Both the position numbers and the translations under genes were made by a program. From positions 48,005,776 through 48,069,775 of the forward strand of contig NC_083418.1 of assembly GCF_020745735.1 (NCBI RefSeq): a stretch of DNA of 64,000 nucleotides. Direction: 5' to 3'. The notes beneath the pieces are model-generated. The model ran no database searches, was not told the origin of the DNA, and was given only the letters and a program-made list of their open reading frames with translations. The DNA comes from Hemiscyllium ocellatum (Eukaryota). Of this stretch, positions 38,090 through 52,130 are shown in pieces; positions within the stretch are counted from its first letter, which is position 1, and each line of letters begins with the position of its first letter.

Positions 38090-39520
38090 TTCCATGTCTA
38101 AGTGAGTGGGCGAAATATAGTAGAAGGAATTCACAACGTGAAGGAAATGTGAGGTCATTCATTTTGGATTTGAAGACAAATTGAAATATTTTTAGAATGA
38201 TGAAATGATTATAGACTTTGGAGGAGAGCAGAGGTTTTGGGTAATGGATACAGAAATCACGAAAAGCTATTGCATGGATACAAAAGTAATCAGAAAATGA
38301 ATAAACAATTAGCCTTTATCTCAGTGCAGGAAAGGTGAAATACAACATGCAGGAAGTGATGCTTTAGACATATAGAACTTTCATCAGACTCTATGTGGAG
38401 TACGATCTTCAGTTTTCTGCACCAGAGGGTACACTGCAGAGTCTTAGAGTCATGGAGTCATAGAGGTGTACACGAAGGAAACAGACCCTTCACTCCAACT
38501 CATTCATGCAACCAGATATCCGAAATTAATCTTGTCCCATTTGCCAGCACTAGGCCCATATCCCTCTAAACCCTATCTATTCATATACACATCCAGCTGC
38601 CTTTTAAATGTTGTAATTATACCAGCCTCCACCACTTCCTCTGACAGCTCATTCCGGACACGCAACAACTTCTGTGTGAAAAAGTTTCCCCTTAAATCCT
38701 TTTAAATCTTTTCCAATTCACCCTAAACCTAAGCCCTCTAGTTCTGGAATCCCACATCCCAGGGAAAAGACCTTGTCTATTTACCCTATCCATGCCCCTC
38801 ATGATTTTATAAACTTCTATAAAGTCACCCCTCAGCCTCCGACGCTCCAGGGAAAACAGCCCCAGCCTATTCAACCTCTCCCAATAGCTCAAATCCTCCA
38901 ACACTGGCAAGATTATTATAAGTTTTTTCTGAACCCTTTCAAGTTTCGCAACATCCTTCCGATCAGAGAGAGACCAGAATTGCACACAATATTCCAAAAG
39001 TAGCCCAACCAATGTCCTGTAAAACTATATCATGACTGCCCAATTCCTATACTCAATGCTCCGACCAATAAAGGAAAGCATATCAAAAGCCTCCTTCACT
39101 ATCCTATCTACCTGTGACTCCACTTTCAAGGAAGTATGAACCTGCACTCCAAGGTCTCTTTGTTCAGCAACACTCCGTAGGACCTTACCATTAATTCCTT
39201 GCCCTACTTTGCCTCTCCCAAATACACCATCTCACCCTTATCTAAATCAAACTCCCACATTGGCCCACCTGATCAAGACCCATTGTTCTCCAAAGTAACC
39301 TTCTTCACTGTCTACTACACCTTTAATTGTGGTGTCATCTGCAAATTTACTAACTGTACCTCCTATAATCACATCCAAATCACCAGAATGATGCCAAAAT
39401 GTAAAGGGTTGAATTTTGAGGACAGGGTGTGTTACATTTAGCTGTATTCCCTTGCATTTAGAATGCTGAGAATAATGAGATGAGACACTGAAATGTTAAG
39501 GGAATTCATAGATTACATAG
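38090..39520 (+). mobile_element. Old CR1 fragment interrupted by a younger CR1
   Basis: KCEVIHFG-like motif at 38146; sequence resumes tcaccagaatgatgcc at 39380. Confidence 0.6.
38440..39379 (-). mobile_element. HER1/CR1 3' fragment
   Basis: ORF 38692-39012 LLEYCVQFWS...LERRRLRGDFIEVYKIM; tail gagtcatggagtcatagag. Confidence 0.93.
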
Positions 39521-40418
39521 GTTACATGGTACAAGAACAGGCCACTCTACCCACATATTTTGTGTCAGTGATAATTCTCCACTCATGCCTCCTCCCATCT
39601 CAATTTAAAATACCATCATAAATTTGTAATTCCCTCAGTTAAAGTCCGGAACTGAGTCAATCAAGAGCCTCCACCCTCCCCAAATATTGAATAATCCTTC
39701 CACAAAGCTGTTTACTGTCTCTGTCTCTCCCGTATACCTAAGCAGCATTCTGATTTTTTTCATATTCGTAAGTCAAAATATCAGATTTTTAAAAAAAATT
39801 CTGGTAAATATTCTGTGATATTCTTTGGGGGCCATGTCATTAATGATGGACATGCCACTATCACAATAAGAAAACTGAACAGTAGGTATTCATAGTTATT
39901 TGTTCAAAGGATTGGAATCCAGCAGTTGTACCATTACACTTTATGCTATAAAAATCATGAGGTGAATAAACATGTTGGAAAAAAAATCTAACATTGTGCA
40001 CATAGAGACAGATATAACTACAATCAAATATTTTTGGTAACTAGTATCAAAATTAAGGATGGAGACTAATTGGGCCAACTGCTCTGCTTTTGCCTTGTAT
40101 GTTTTATGTAAATTATAATTATGTCTCACAAAATGTTGCCAAACATAAATCTGAATTCTGTTTCAAAAAGATGAAAGAACAACTTAGTAAATGAAAACTG
40201 TATGACGCCATAGAAGCCTGGCTGTCTACTGGTTCAAATATAGCTTCTTGCTAGGTTAGCTGATGTGAGCTGGATAAATGGCGTGGCTATTGCAGTAGAC
40301 CTCATTGTTCTGATCGACAGGAAGAATTTTTAAAAATGCCTGATGTGGCGCTATCAGAATCAGAACCACTTCTGAGCCACAATGATGCCAGGTGGTCTAA
40401 AGTATCTGCATGATTACT

Positions 40419-40985
40419 TAGAATCATAGAGTCATAGAGATGTACAGGACAGAACTCATCCATGCCGACCAGATAGCCCAATCTAATCTAGTCCCACTTG
40501 CCAGCACGCAGCCCATATCCCTCCAAACCCTTTCTATTCATATACCTATCCAGATACCTTTTAAATGTTGCAATTGTACTAGCCTCCACCACTTCCTCTG
40601 GCAGCTCCTTCCATACACACACCACCCTCTGTGTCTCTTTTATACCTTTCCCCTCTCAACCTAAATCTACGCCCTCTAGTTCTGGACTCTCCCACACCAG
40701 GGAAAAGACTTTGTCTAATTGTCTTATCCATGGCCTTCATGATTTTAGAAACATCTATAATGTCACCCTTCAGCCTCTGATCCTCCAGCCCCAGCCTATT
40801 CAACCTCTCTCTATAGCTCAAATCCTCCAATCCTGGCAACATCCTTGTAAATCTTTTTTAAACCATTTCAAGTTTCACAACATCCTTCCGAGAGGATATT
40901 CCAAGAGAATATTGCACACAATATTCCAAAAGTGGCCTAACCAACGTCCTGTACAGCTGTAACATGACCAACTCCTATACTCAAT
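40419..40985 (-). mobile_element. HER1/CR1 3' fragment
   Basis: MLPGLEDLSYRERLNRLGL; (catagagt)n tail. Confidence 0.92.
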
Positions 40986-41231
40986 TCATTGCATGTATTT
41001 TACTTTGAGAACACTTTGGATGCAGTTGAAATTTGCAGAATGCAAACTCATAGGAATAGCTTCCACACATTGCTCTTTGATCAGTTGGTTTTTCAGGAAA
41101 TTGTACAACCCACCCAGTAAATGTGGAAGGCATGAAATTCATAGGGTTTTAAAAACTACAAGTACCTGAGATTGTAAAAATTAATGCCACATAATATAAC
41201 TGCAATTCCATACATCTGGTCCTGGCTGCAA

Positions 41232-41455
41232 GAAATGAAAAGAGAAAACATTGCAAATACTCAGATAGTCAGGTAGCATCTGTAGCGAAAGAAACAGTTA
41301 TTATTTAAGCTAACGCACTTCTGAACTGATGCAGGACCATCAACCTAAAAGGCTAACACTGTTTTCCTCCCCATACATGATACTAAACCAGTTAAATATT
41401 TACAGTATCATCTGTTTTAATTGAAATTTTCCAGCATCTATAGTATCTTGTCCTT
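41232..41455. mobile_element. Old Penelope-like palindromic repeat
   Basis: Inverted arms around degraded core aaCTGATGCAggaccatcaacctAAAA. Confidence 0.55.
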
Positions 41456-42514
41456 ATACTGGAATACAAAGTATTGGCTCCTTGCAATTTGTGATTGACT
41501 GCAATTTTGTACCTAGATATTATATCTGAATCAGCTAAAACAGCTGGGTATTAATGACCAACCGATAATGTTAACAACTAAGCAACTGAATAAGCACAGG
41601 TTCTTCACATGAAACCGCTTTAAAGTAATTTAAGCCAGTTGTGTTCTCAATTGTAACCATCCTTTTAAAAACTATTTTATACAGAATTTTAAAAATATAT
41701 CATATTGTGGTTAAGGTGTCTCCAAGACTGGACAGGTGGTCCTGTTGCTGAATTTAGTTCAATTTCCTACAGAATTCTTTGAGTTCTAGATAGGTTTGGA
41801 TTTAACTGTGATACCCCGTCCAGTCATAAATTGTGTTCTGCAACATCAGTTTGGTGTGGTAAAACAATCAGTATCAATAGCATCATACAGCACCTCATAA
41901 TGATTTCATGTCTTAGAGAGAGGAGAAAATTGAAGAGGAATAAAAGCCATGCACATCAATATCTTCCAAACAACAGTTGACTCTTAAAGGGCAGATAAAG
42001 TCTCATTATGTAGTGTAGTGCTGCATGTTAATATTTAGATCATAGAAATTCCATCATCACACAGGAAACAAAAGTTAATAAAGTTATTTAAAGTCTTCAA
42101 TCCTCTCTCTCCCAGTGAAGGACATTAGTGTAGGGCACTGTCACATGCGGCAGTTGTTTATTATGTTGGCAATACACAAGACATTTGGATTTTACAGAGA
42201 GCCATTGTATTTTCAGCAGACACCAGTTTATTCCAGGGCAGCTTGCAGCTGGCTTGGAGAATAAAGAATTGTAGCAACAGTTATGTATGAGCAGCAGACA
42301 CAGGAGTTGACTATTATAAAAGCAGGAACTATTTTGGAATTTCAGAACTTTCCTTAACAAACCAAAGAACTTTTACTCTCATTGTATCCATTTAAAATGA
42401 ACAAAGTTAAATTTCTTCTAAGATTTTGAAAAGTTTTGTCAATACATTTTGCATATTCAAAGTGTTCCATAACACATTTTGAAGTGTTGCATCAATGCCA
42501 ATTTATGGTTATTT

Positions 42515-43227
42515 AGGACAAAAGAAATAGGATCAGGAGTAGGCTGATTGGCCTTTCAATTCAATTCTGCCATTCAATGGCATCATAGATGATCTGATAC
42601 TCCTCACTTCCATTTTCTTGCCCTTTCTCCAAACCCCTTTATTCCTTTCCTGAATTCATCTATATCAGCCTTAAATATACACAAGAACTCTGCCCCCACA
42701 GATCTCTGTGGCGAATAGTTCCAAAGACTCTCAATCCTCTGAGAGAAGAAATTCTTCCTCATCACAGTCTTAAACTGGTGCCCCTTAATTCTGAGACTAT
42801 GCCCTCTCCTGTTGGACTCTCTCATGAGGGGAAACATCCTCTCAGCATTTACTCTGTCAAGCCCCTGTCTTCTATATGTCTCAATGAGATTACCTCATTC
42901 TTCTAAATGCCAATGAGGAGAGTCTCAATCTGTTTAATTTTTGCTCATAGGGCAATCCTTCCATAATAAGGATCATTCTCATGGACCTTCACTGAGCTGC
43001 CTCGAATGAAATGACATCTCTTCTTTGATAAGGGGGCAAAACTGTACCAACAGTACTTCAAATGTGGTCTTGCCAGTATCTTGTAGAGTTACAATAAGAC
43101 TTCCTAAATCTCATATTTCAACCCCTTTGAAATAAAGGCCAAAATTCCACTAGTCTTCCTGATTACCTGCTACATCTGCATGCTAGCTTTTCATGTTTCA
43201 TGCACAAGTTCTCCCAAGTCCCTTTGT
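42515..43227 (-). mobile_element. CR1 3' fragment
   Basis: MFPLMRESNRRGHSLRIKG...KNFFSQR; tail agaaataggatcaggagtagg. Confidence 0.88.
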
Positions 43228-43754
43228 GTGGAAGAAGATCCTGTTCTAATCAAGCCGTGGCAAAACCTTGCAGCTTTAGACAATTGTGTTTATTCTAACT
43301 ATTATATAGTAGAACCATACTAACTGCATTCTCAGCCTGGTATTCAATCTTAATTCAACCTAATGGTTATGGCAGTGAATAGCAGGAGATAATCAAAGTC
43401 CAGGAGGCCATTCAGCCAGGGGCTTTCATGCATGTTCTCTGCAAGAGCGAAAAACAGGTTCCACTCATCCCCTTTATCATGTAGTTTGCATTTTTTATCT
43501 GCTTATCTAATTCACTATTAAATGTCATTGTTAAATCTGCTTCCACACTCCTCCCCAATCCAAACCAGAACCTGTCCATTCATGTATAAAGATACATTTT
43601 CTCATATTGTCTTTGATCCTTTGCGAATCAGTTTAAATCTCTGCCCTTTGGTTCTTGACCCGACTGCCAAAGGAAGCAATTTCTCCTTAAATACAATTTC
43701 TAGAATTTTTATAATGTTGAAAACATTGAACATATAGTCTCCACCTACTCTTCT

Positions 43755-45285
43755 CCTTGAGGAAGTAATATGCATAACCGATAAAGGGGAATCATTGGAT
43801 GAATGGTATCTAGATTTTTAGAGGTCTTTGATAAGGTGCTACATCAATATTATTGCATATATTAAAAGCTTAGCATGTAAGACGTAACATATCGGCATGT
43901 GAGAATATTGGCAGCTAACAACAACAAATAAGCCACAAATTGGTCAATTCTGGTTGGCAAGATGCAACCAGTGGTGTGCCACAGTGGTCAGTGCCTCAAA
44001 TTTTTACAATCTTTGTAATTACCTTAGATTAAAAGATGAATTGATCCTTGTTAAATTTGCTGATACAAGGATAAGTAGGGAAGTGAGTTGTGAGGAGGAC
44101 AAAAGAAATCCATAAAAATATTTGAATAGGTTAAGTGAGTTGGCTAAATGGAGTATAAAGTGGGAAAATGTCAATTTTGACAGGAAGAATTAAAATGAAG
44201 CACATTACCTAAATGGTGAGAAATTACAGAGTTCTGAGAAACAGAGAAATTTGAGTGTCTCAGTGCATTAATTAGAAAGATTATTATACAGGTGCAGCAA
44301 ATAATTTAGCAGAAATTTATCATTTATAAACCTAATACTCCCAACACCAAATGGCTGGTGATGCTTGAGCAGATAGGGCCAATGACAACAGTTGGCCGCA
44401 ACACGGTTCAATATTCATCTGTGCATCATCACATTCTATGCGCAGTGATATCAGTGCCAATGCACGTGCAGACTGCCACACCTTTACACATCCCTTCCCA
44501 GCTGTTCGCACTGATTCAGTCTGAGGAGGGATGAGGGGAAAAAGTCACTGTTCAGCAGGAAGGGAAGCCACAGTGTGATTATAGCAGCAGTACCATATGC
44601 ATGATATGCATGATATGAATGATAGCCACTCCACTGCTGGTTAGTGATATTCCTGTGCATGCATGCTCAATGGTCCAAATGATGGTAGCATTCACAATAA
44701 ACATAGTTTATCATTTATCGTGAGGAGAGTTGCATACATAGATTGGGAGATTGTGCATTAGTTATACAAGTGAGTATACTGTGCACAAAATTGGTCTCTT
44801 ATTCAAGGAAAGATGTAAATAGGTTGGAAGCTATCTAGATAAGGATTACCAGATTAATACCTAGAATCATGGATGGACTTATGAGAAATAATTAGCGAGG
44901 CTGAAGAGTAAGAGGCAATTTGATTGAAACATAAAATCCTGAGATATAATGGGTGTGGAAAAAATTGTTTCATTTTGTGGAAGAATAGAGAACTCGAGGT
45001 CACTGTTTAAATAAAAATACTGGATAACCTATTTATGATGGAGATGAGGAAAAATGTTTTCCTCATGTAGGGGTAAGAGTCTTTGGAAATTTCTTCCTCA
45101 AAACGCAGTAGAAGAATAGTCTTTGACTATGTTTAAGGCAAAGGTAGATAATTTCTTCATAAACAAGGAGATGAAAAGTTGTCAGGGGTGAGTGGAAACA
45201 TAATTAGATCCAGCCATGAACTTATTGAATGGTGGAGTTGGTTTAACAGATTGAGTGGCTTATTCCTGCTCCTAATTTGTTTGCA
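43755..45285 (+). mobile_element. CR1 RT-to-3' fragment with an internal insertion at ~44310-44695
   Basis: YLDF..FDKV, SGVPQ, KFADT motifs; 3' end ggcttattcctgctcctaatt. Confidence 0.8.
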
Positions 45286-45474
45286 CATATCTATGTCCAC
45301 GTGTTTAGGAAATCCACATTATCCTCATCAATCCTTCCCAATACCTCATCAAAAAGCTCAAGCAAGTTGGTTAAAACTAATTTGGCTTTAACAACTCCAT
45401 GCTGGTTTTCATTAATTAATTCACATTTATCCTGAATTATTGATTTAGATTCAACCCATTCAAAATTGATTAAA

Positions 45475-45793
45475 AGAATCCCTACAGTACAGCCAGAGGC
45501 GATTCGGCCCATCAGGTCTACACCAAACCTCCAAAGAGCATCTCACCTGATCCCTGTAACTCTGCATTTCCCATAGCTAATCCGTGTAGCCTGCGCATCC
45601 CTGGGCAATACGGGACAATTTAGCATAAACAATCCACTCAACTAGCATATCTTTGGACTATGAGAGGATTACAGGGCACCCACACAAGGGAGAACATGCA
45701 AACTCCACACCGACAGTTGCCCAAGGCTGGAATCAAACTCGGGTCACTTGTATTGTCAGGCAGCAGTGCTGAACACTGAGATTCTGTACCACC
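45475..45793 (-). mobile_element. HE1-type V-SINE (older copy)
   Basis: gggagaacatgcaaactccacac V-domain; head ggcagcagtgctgaacactgag in reverse. Confidence 0.85.
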
Positions 45794-47269
45794 AGTTCAT
45801 TTCAGAGACTTAAATTTGGGCCAATTGTTTCTAAATCATTCCCACTACTTAGGTTAAACAGACTGTAGTTATTGAGTTTATTCTTGCATGCATTTTTGAA
45901 CAAGGATTAACATTTTTAATTCATCATTCCTCTGGCATTCTCCTATACCTACGAGAGTTTGGACAAACACAACCAGTATCTCTGCAATGTGCTCCCCTAC
46001 TTCATTCAGCATCTTCAGATGCATCCATATTTTTGGTGATTTTTCAATTCAAGTATAGCTAGCTTTTCTAATAATTTAATTTTACCGACTTTTAGCTTAT
46101 CTTGTATATCAAAAACCTCCTTTTATCATAGGGGCTTTGGCAATGTTTTTTGCCTTGTTAAGATGAGGCACATAGCATTATATTAGTACCTCAGCCATGT
46201 CCTCTGCCTGCATATATTTTGTTTTATCCCTAATTAAACCTACCTCTTCTTTTGATAATCTTTTACTATTAAACAGTTATAGACAACTTTTAGACCCATT
46301 AAATGTTAATTATTAGCATCTTCCAATACTCTAATTCCCTCTATTCTTTCCTTCTTCAACCTCTCCGAACTTTCTAGTCAACTTGGTTCTCATGTGTTGT
46401 CAACCTATGACATTTGCCATACACTCCTTTTTGCAGCTTCATCTTACTTCGAGTTGCTTTTATCATCAAACAAGTGCTGGCTTTAATTGCCTATCCTTTT
46501 GTCCTTGAGTGAATGTATCTTGACAAATGCTCAAAACACATGGGATAAGGGCCCAGAATTTGGATTGTAAAACCACCAAAATGGGGGTAGGGCCATGCCA
46601 ATGTTGGAGAATTGGAGCTTGGAGAGGAAGGCCAAAGGCTTGAGGGGCTGTTGAGACAATGAGGCTGTAAACTGCGGAGAGGGGCTACGAAGGGGAAGCA
46701 GTGGCTGTAAAGGTAAGGGAGGACCTGCAAAGGGGAGACAGAAATTTAGAACATTTTACCAAAAGAATACCCAGCTAACTAATGAGGAAAAGTGAGGTAA
46801 TAAATTCTTTGCAAAAATGGAATCTCTTGCTTAAGGCTGAATTGTTCAGGTGCCACTACTTGGAGGATAAATGCAGTAAATGCATTGTATGAGTCCCGTA
46901 ACTTAATATTAAACTTAATTTATAGGTATGTATTTGTATCATCATTTCTCAAAGTGTCTCACATACTGTGAATTGCTTGAGATGCAGTGACTATTTGGGG
47001 GACAAATACACAACTGTTTATTTGTGATTAATCTATGGAAACTGTGCTTTATAGGATATTCTTTTGTGTATGGAAGTATGTGTCAGTTATTTTCTAAAAA
47101 AAATTGTAGCAAACTAATACTTGTCGACTTGTGCCAATTTAAAAACTGTGGTATCCAGGAAGTTAATGCTTTTCTCGCCTGTTGTGACTTGAGGTTTAAT
47201 GAATCTTTGGACTATTGAGAATGTCCTAAATATGCTTTCTCCATATGTTAACAAATACAGAAGGAACCG

Positions 47270-47405
47270 TCATTGAAAAAGAAAGGTCATTTTGGGATCT
47301 AAAACATTTTGCTCTCCATTGTAGTTGCCAGATTAGTTGACTTAATCTGCTCCCTCTTGTTTTACTTCTGGTCTCCAGCATCTGCAGTATTTTATTTTGG
47401 TTTTA
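47270..47405 (+). mobile_element. Old Penelope-like repeat arm
   Basis: gaaaggtcattttgggatctaaaacatt...ctccagcatctgcagtattt. Confidence 0.45.
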
Positions 47406-50400
47406 GTGACAAGAGTGGTGGGAATGGCTGCACATGACTGCCTCACCAAATGGAGGAATTATAAAGAATGATAAAAGAGCTCCTGGAAACAAAAATGTAA
47501 TTTACAAAAATCAAAACATAAACCAAGGGAAAATCTCAAGTGGTGTACTTAAAAAAAAATGCAGTTTGACCCCTGCTCTCAACTGTGCAGTCCATGACTC
47601 TTACACATGTTGCCTGCTAATTTTTAATTCCAATTTTTCTAAAACAGACTCATTCTCAACCCACTGAAATTGGCTCACCACCAATTAAGTATTTCTAATC
47701 TAGATTGCTCCTTGTCCTTTACCATAGCTAATTAAAAAAAACATTCTGACATTATAATCACTGTTCTCTAAATATTCCCCTACGAGCATTTAATACATTT
47801 GACCTACCTCACTCCACAGTACTAGATTCAGCGAAACCCTTTTTCTGATTGGTTCTGAAATTTATAATGAAAAAATTCTTCCCAACACACTTCAGAAATT
47901 CTTCTGCTTTATGGTGCTGCACAAAATTGCCCCAAGATTATCTAAGTTTATATTAGGATAATTAAAGTTCTCAAAATCACTTACTTAACTATAACTTGTG
48001 TACAGATTTGTTGTTCTATAACTCTCCCAATATTGGTGACTGAAGGAACACACCCAAAAATGTAATGGTATGTATTATTTGTGAACTGTTCCTAAATATG
48101 TTCTGCCCTTATCGACACTACAACATCCTATCTCTACAAAGCAATAATTTCTTTCTTGATCAATATTGCCACTCCTCCTACTTTCTTTCTTATTTTTCCT
48201 GAACACTTTGTATCCAGTGATATTTAGCTTCCAGTCCTGCCCCACTTTGAGTAGGTCACTGCCATCACCAGCTCATCATGTTCCCAAGCAGTTATTTGTG
48301 CCTGCAGCTCACTGATCTTATTTATCATCCTCCAAACATTGATATACATATACTGCAAACCTGCATTTCCTCTTCATCTGACCCCACATGATAATTTTAT
48401 TATTCCTTCGCCAAATACTATCCACCTCTCTCAATGTTTTCTGCGCTTTGACTCTTCTTAATGCTACATCTCATTTACCTCTAAAGATGGTTTAAACCCT
48501 CCACATCAGCATGAAGACTTTGCTCCAGTCCTGGTGAGGTGTAAGTCTCACCTGTCCCAGAACTAGTTCTAATGTCCCAAGAAACTAAAGCTTCCCTCGG
48601 CACTATCTTTTTAGCCTGTGCATTCATCTGCTTTGTCGCCTAATCTCTATGATGTGCTCATGAGTGCATGACACTGGGAAAAATCCAAAGATAACTATCA
48701 TTTGGTCTCCATCTCTCTTTCCACAGAAATAGTTAGTAATAATATGAACCATGACCTTTGACTGCTCACCATCTCCCTGCAAAGTGTACTCCTGTTCACC
48801 AAGGAGGCAACATCCCATGATGAATTCACACCTGCAGCTACAAAAAAACATCCTCTGCATTTCCCGAAAAATAAAATGCCCTATCACTATTGGTTTCCTA
48901 ATGTTCCTCCATCCCCGCTAGCTAAACTCCTCAGATGAACAATCATCCTCACCAGTAAATATCAACTTAAGATTGTGATGCCTTGAAGGAACTCCTGCAC
49001 TAGCCACATGGTCCTCCTTCACTGGCTGGTGGCTACCCATTCACTCTCTGCCTTCACAACTTTAAACATTGGGATGCTCACTCCTACAAATATACTATCA
49101 ACAAAATTCTCAAACATCACATATGCACCACAGTTGCTGCTTGAGCTCCAAAAGTCAGAGTTCAAGTCGTTCCAGCTTATGCTTTCTGCACATACATTTA
49201 TTCAGGATGTGACTGGTAGACTCTAGTTCTCAGATGCCATAGAGTCGCACATTCCAACATACTCGTTACATTGTAACCCTCAATGCACAATGTAAAATGT
49301 TAAATCCTAGGCTCTTAACTGGCAGTCTTATTAATGATAAGGGAGAAAATATTGGTTCCCGTCACTGGCTGTTGCCCCACAGGTAGGTTGTTTATTATTG
49401 CATATAATCATAATTTTCTTCTAATTGCAGTCACAAGGACCATGAACGTTCATAAGGTGATTAGCTAGAAGCCTCCCAGCAAAGAAAAAATGTATTCATT
49501 CTCTCTCTGTCTGTCATAGTCCATGGGTATGTAGCCAAAGGACCTGTCCAATTTCCAACTAGACAGTCCCATTCATTTTTTCAATCACAAGACATTTGAA
49601 ATTATGACACATGCTCATGTGACATTTTAAAATACCAGTAATACTCAATGTTTTTAAATTTGTTGAGTTTTTTGAACAAACCAATCACAATTGTTAATCG
49701 AGGAATTAAAAAGCACAGTCTCCATTAAGTTCCAGTCACATCTTGGTAAGGAAATGATGAGAGTTATTTTGCTGCAATATACAGCCACCAGTAACTTCCT
49801 CGAAGCTCTTCATACACATTTTCTTACTTCTGAATCAGTCCTGTACAACTGAGGCTGAAATGAAATGATTACTTGTAGCAAAGGCTTTTTAATCCCCTCT
49901 CCTTCACTTTATTTCAATTAAGCCTTTTCTTCTGTTTTGATCACCATGCATGGAGTTACATTAATTTGCATTATTAAACTGACAAAGAAAGACAAAACAA
50001 TTTCGTAGCAATTAATTCCTTCATTAATCTATGCAATGTTCAAAAAAAATCTCTATTCTTCCATTATGTAAGTACTTGGTGTAAAATTATGAAACAGACA
50101 AAGATTTAAATCTTTTAGCACCTTTCACAACCTTAGGACATCACAAAATGCTTTCCAGCCAATGAAGAATATTTGCTGTGTAGTCACTATTTTAATGTAG
50201 GAAACAGAAACTTGTTTGGACATAGCAAGCTTCCACAACCTGCAAAGTGCAAATGACCATATAATCTGTTTTTTTTAAACTCACTCATGTAATGTAGGCA
50301 TTGCTGGCTGAGCCAGCCATTATTGCCCGTCTCTAGTTGTCCTTGGGAAGGTGGCGCTGCAGCCCATGGACTGCTGCAGCCCATGTGCTGGAGGTAGACT

Positions 50401-50934
50401 CACAATCCATTATGGAGCGAATTCCAGGAGTTTGATCTAGCCAAAGTGAAGGAACAGCAATATATTTCCAAGTCAGGCTGGTGAATGACTTGGAGAGGAA
50501 CTTGCAGATGGTGGTGTTCCCATGTATCTGCTGCCCGTACCCTTCCAGATGGAAGTGGTCACGGGTTTGGAAGGTGCTATCTGAGGACGTCTGGTGAATT
50601 TCTGCATGAATCTTGTCGATAGTACATACTGTTGCTACTGAGAGGTGCTGAAAGGGAGTGGGTGTTTGTGATGCCAGCCAAGTGGGCTGCTTTGTCCTGG
50701 ATGATATTAAACTTCTTGAGTGTCACTGGAGCTCCTCCCCTCCAGGGAAGTGGAGTGTATTCCATCACACTCCTGACTTGCACCTTGTCGATGATTGACA
50801 GGCTGTGGGGTACCAGGGGGTGAGTTATTTGCTGCAGTAGTCCTACTCTCAGACTTGCTTTTGTAGCCACCATATTTATGTTGTGTGTCCACTTCAGTTT
50901 CTGATTAATTAGAGCCTCCAGGATATTGATTGGG

Positions 50935-50972
50935 GTGGGTGGTGGTGGTGGTGGTGGTGATGGTGGGGGGGG
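50935..50972. repeat. (GGT)n microsatellite plus G-run inside the LINE
   Basis: ggtggtggtggtggtggtgatggtggggggggg. Confidence 0.9.
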
Positions 50973-51202
50973 GAAGGGGGTGCGGTGTTCAGTGATGATA
51001 ACACCATTGAATATCAAGAGGTGGTTGTTAGATTGTCTGTTATTGGAGATGGTCACTGCCTGGCATTTGTGTGACATGAGTGTTACTGCCTCTTTTCAGT
51101 CCAAGCCTGGATATTGTCCAGAACTTGTTGCATTTGAACATGGACTGTTTCAGAATCTGAGGAGTCACCAGTGGTGCTGAACATTTGTAATAATCTCCAC
51201 TT

Positions 51203-52130
51203 AGAGTCATAGAGTCATAACGATGTACAGCCTGGAAACATACCCTTCGATCCAACTCATCCATGCCGACCTGATAACCCACCCCAATCTAGTCCCACCT
51301 GCCAGCACCTAGCCCATATCCCCCCAAACCCATCCTATTCATAAACCCATCTAGTTCCCATTGAAATGTTGCAATTGTACCAGCGTCCACTACTTCCTCT
51401 GGCAGCCCATTCCATACACATACCACTCTCTGTGTGAAAAAGTTGTCCCTTAGGTCTCTTTTATATCTGTCCCTTCTCACCCTAAACCTATGCCCTCTAG
51501 TTCTGGACTCTCCCACCCCAGGGAAAAAAAAATTGTCTATTTATCCTATCCATGCCCCTCATGACTTTATAAACCTCTATAAGGTCACCCCTCAGCCTTC
51601 GATGCTCCAGGGAAAAGAGCCCCAACCTATTCAACCTTTCCCTATAGCTTATATCCTCCAAACCTGGCAACATTCTTCTAAATCTTTTTTGAACCTGTTC
51701 AGGTTTCACAATGCCCTTCCGATAGGAAGGAGACCAAAACTGCACGCAATATTCCAAAAGTGGCCTAAGCGATGTCCTATACAACTGCGACATGACCTCC
51801 CAACTCCTGCATTCAATACTCTGACCAATAAAGGAAAGCATACCAAAAGCCTTCTTCACTATCCTATCTACCTGCGATCCCACTTTCAAGGAGCTATTTA
51901 CCTGCACTCCAAGGTCTCTTTGTTCAGCAACATTCCCTAGGACCTTACCATTAAGTGTATAAATCTTGCTCAGATATGCTTTCCCAAAATGCAGCACCTC
52001 GCATTTATCTAAATTAAACTCCACCTGCCACTCCCTGTTGTAATCTGAGGTACCCTTCTTTGCTGTCCACTACACCGTCTGCAATTTTGGTGTAATCTGC
52101 AAACTTGCTAATTATACCTCTTATGCTCAT
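51203..52130 (-). mobile_element. HER1/CR1 3' fragment
   Basis: ORF 51497-52024 MEFNLDKCEVLHFG...PLLEYCVQFWSP...RRLRGDLIEVYK. Confidence 0.95.

Larger units (their letters stand above)
43385..49300 (-). mobile_element. Old, long CR1 in pieces: ORF1 esterase and endonuclease (47700-49300), mid-ORF2 (45290-46530), 3' end (43385-43745)
   Basis: FLGH..FWDR.DLHLTRTG (~48520-48595, SGNH-esterase-like ORF1); GQDWKLNITGY and GGVAIL (endonuclease); NQHGVVKAKLVLTNLLELFDEV (RT start). Assignment of all pieces to one copy is inferred. Confidence 0.6.

Noticed and set aside
43755-46530. Single CR1 with twin-priming inversion
   Set aside because: The geometry is tail-to-tail and the overlapping RT segments differ strongly, so two independent elements fit better.
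50577-51180. Poly-Pro and poly-Gly ORFs
   Set aside because: Produced by a (GGT)n microsatellite inside a decayed LINE.
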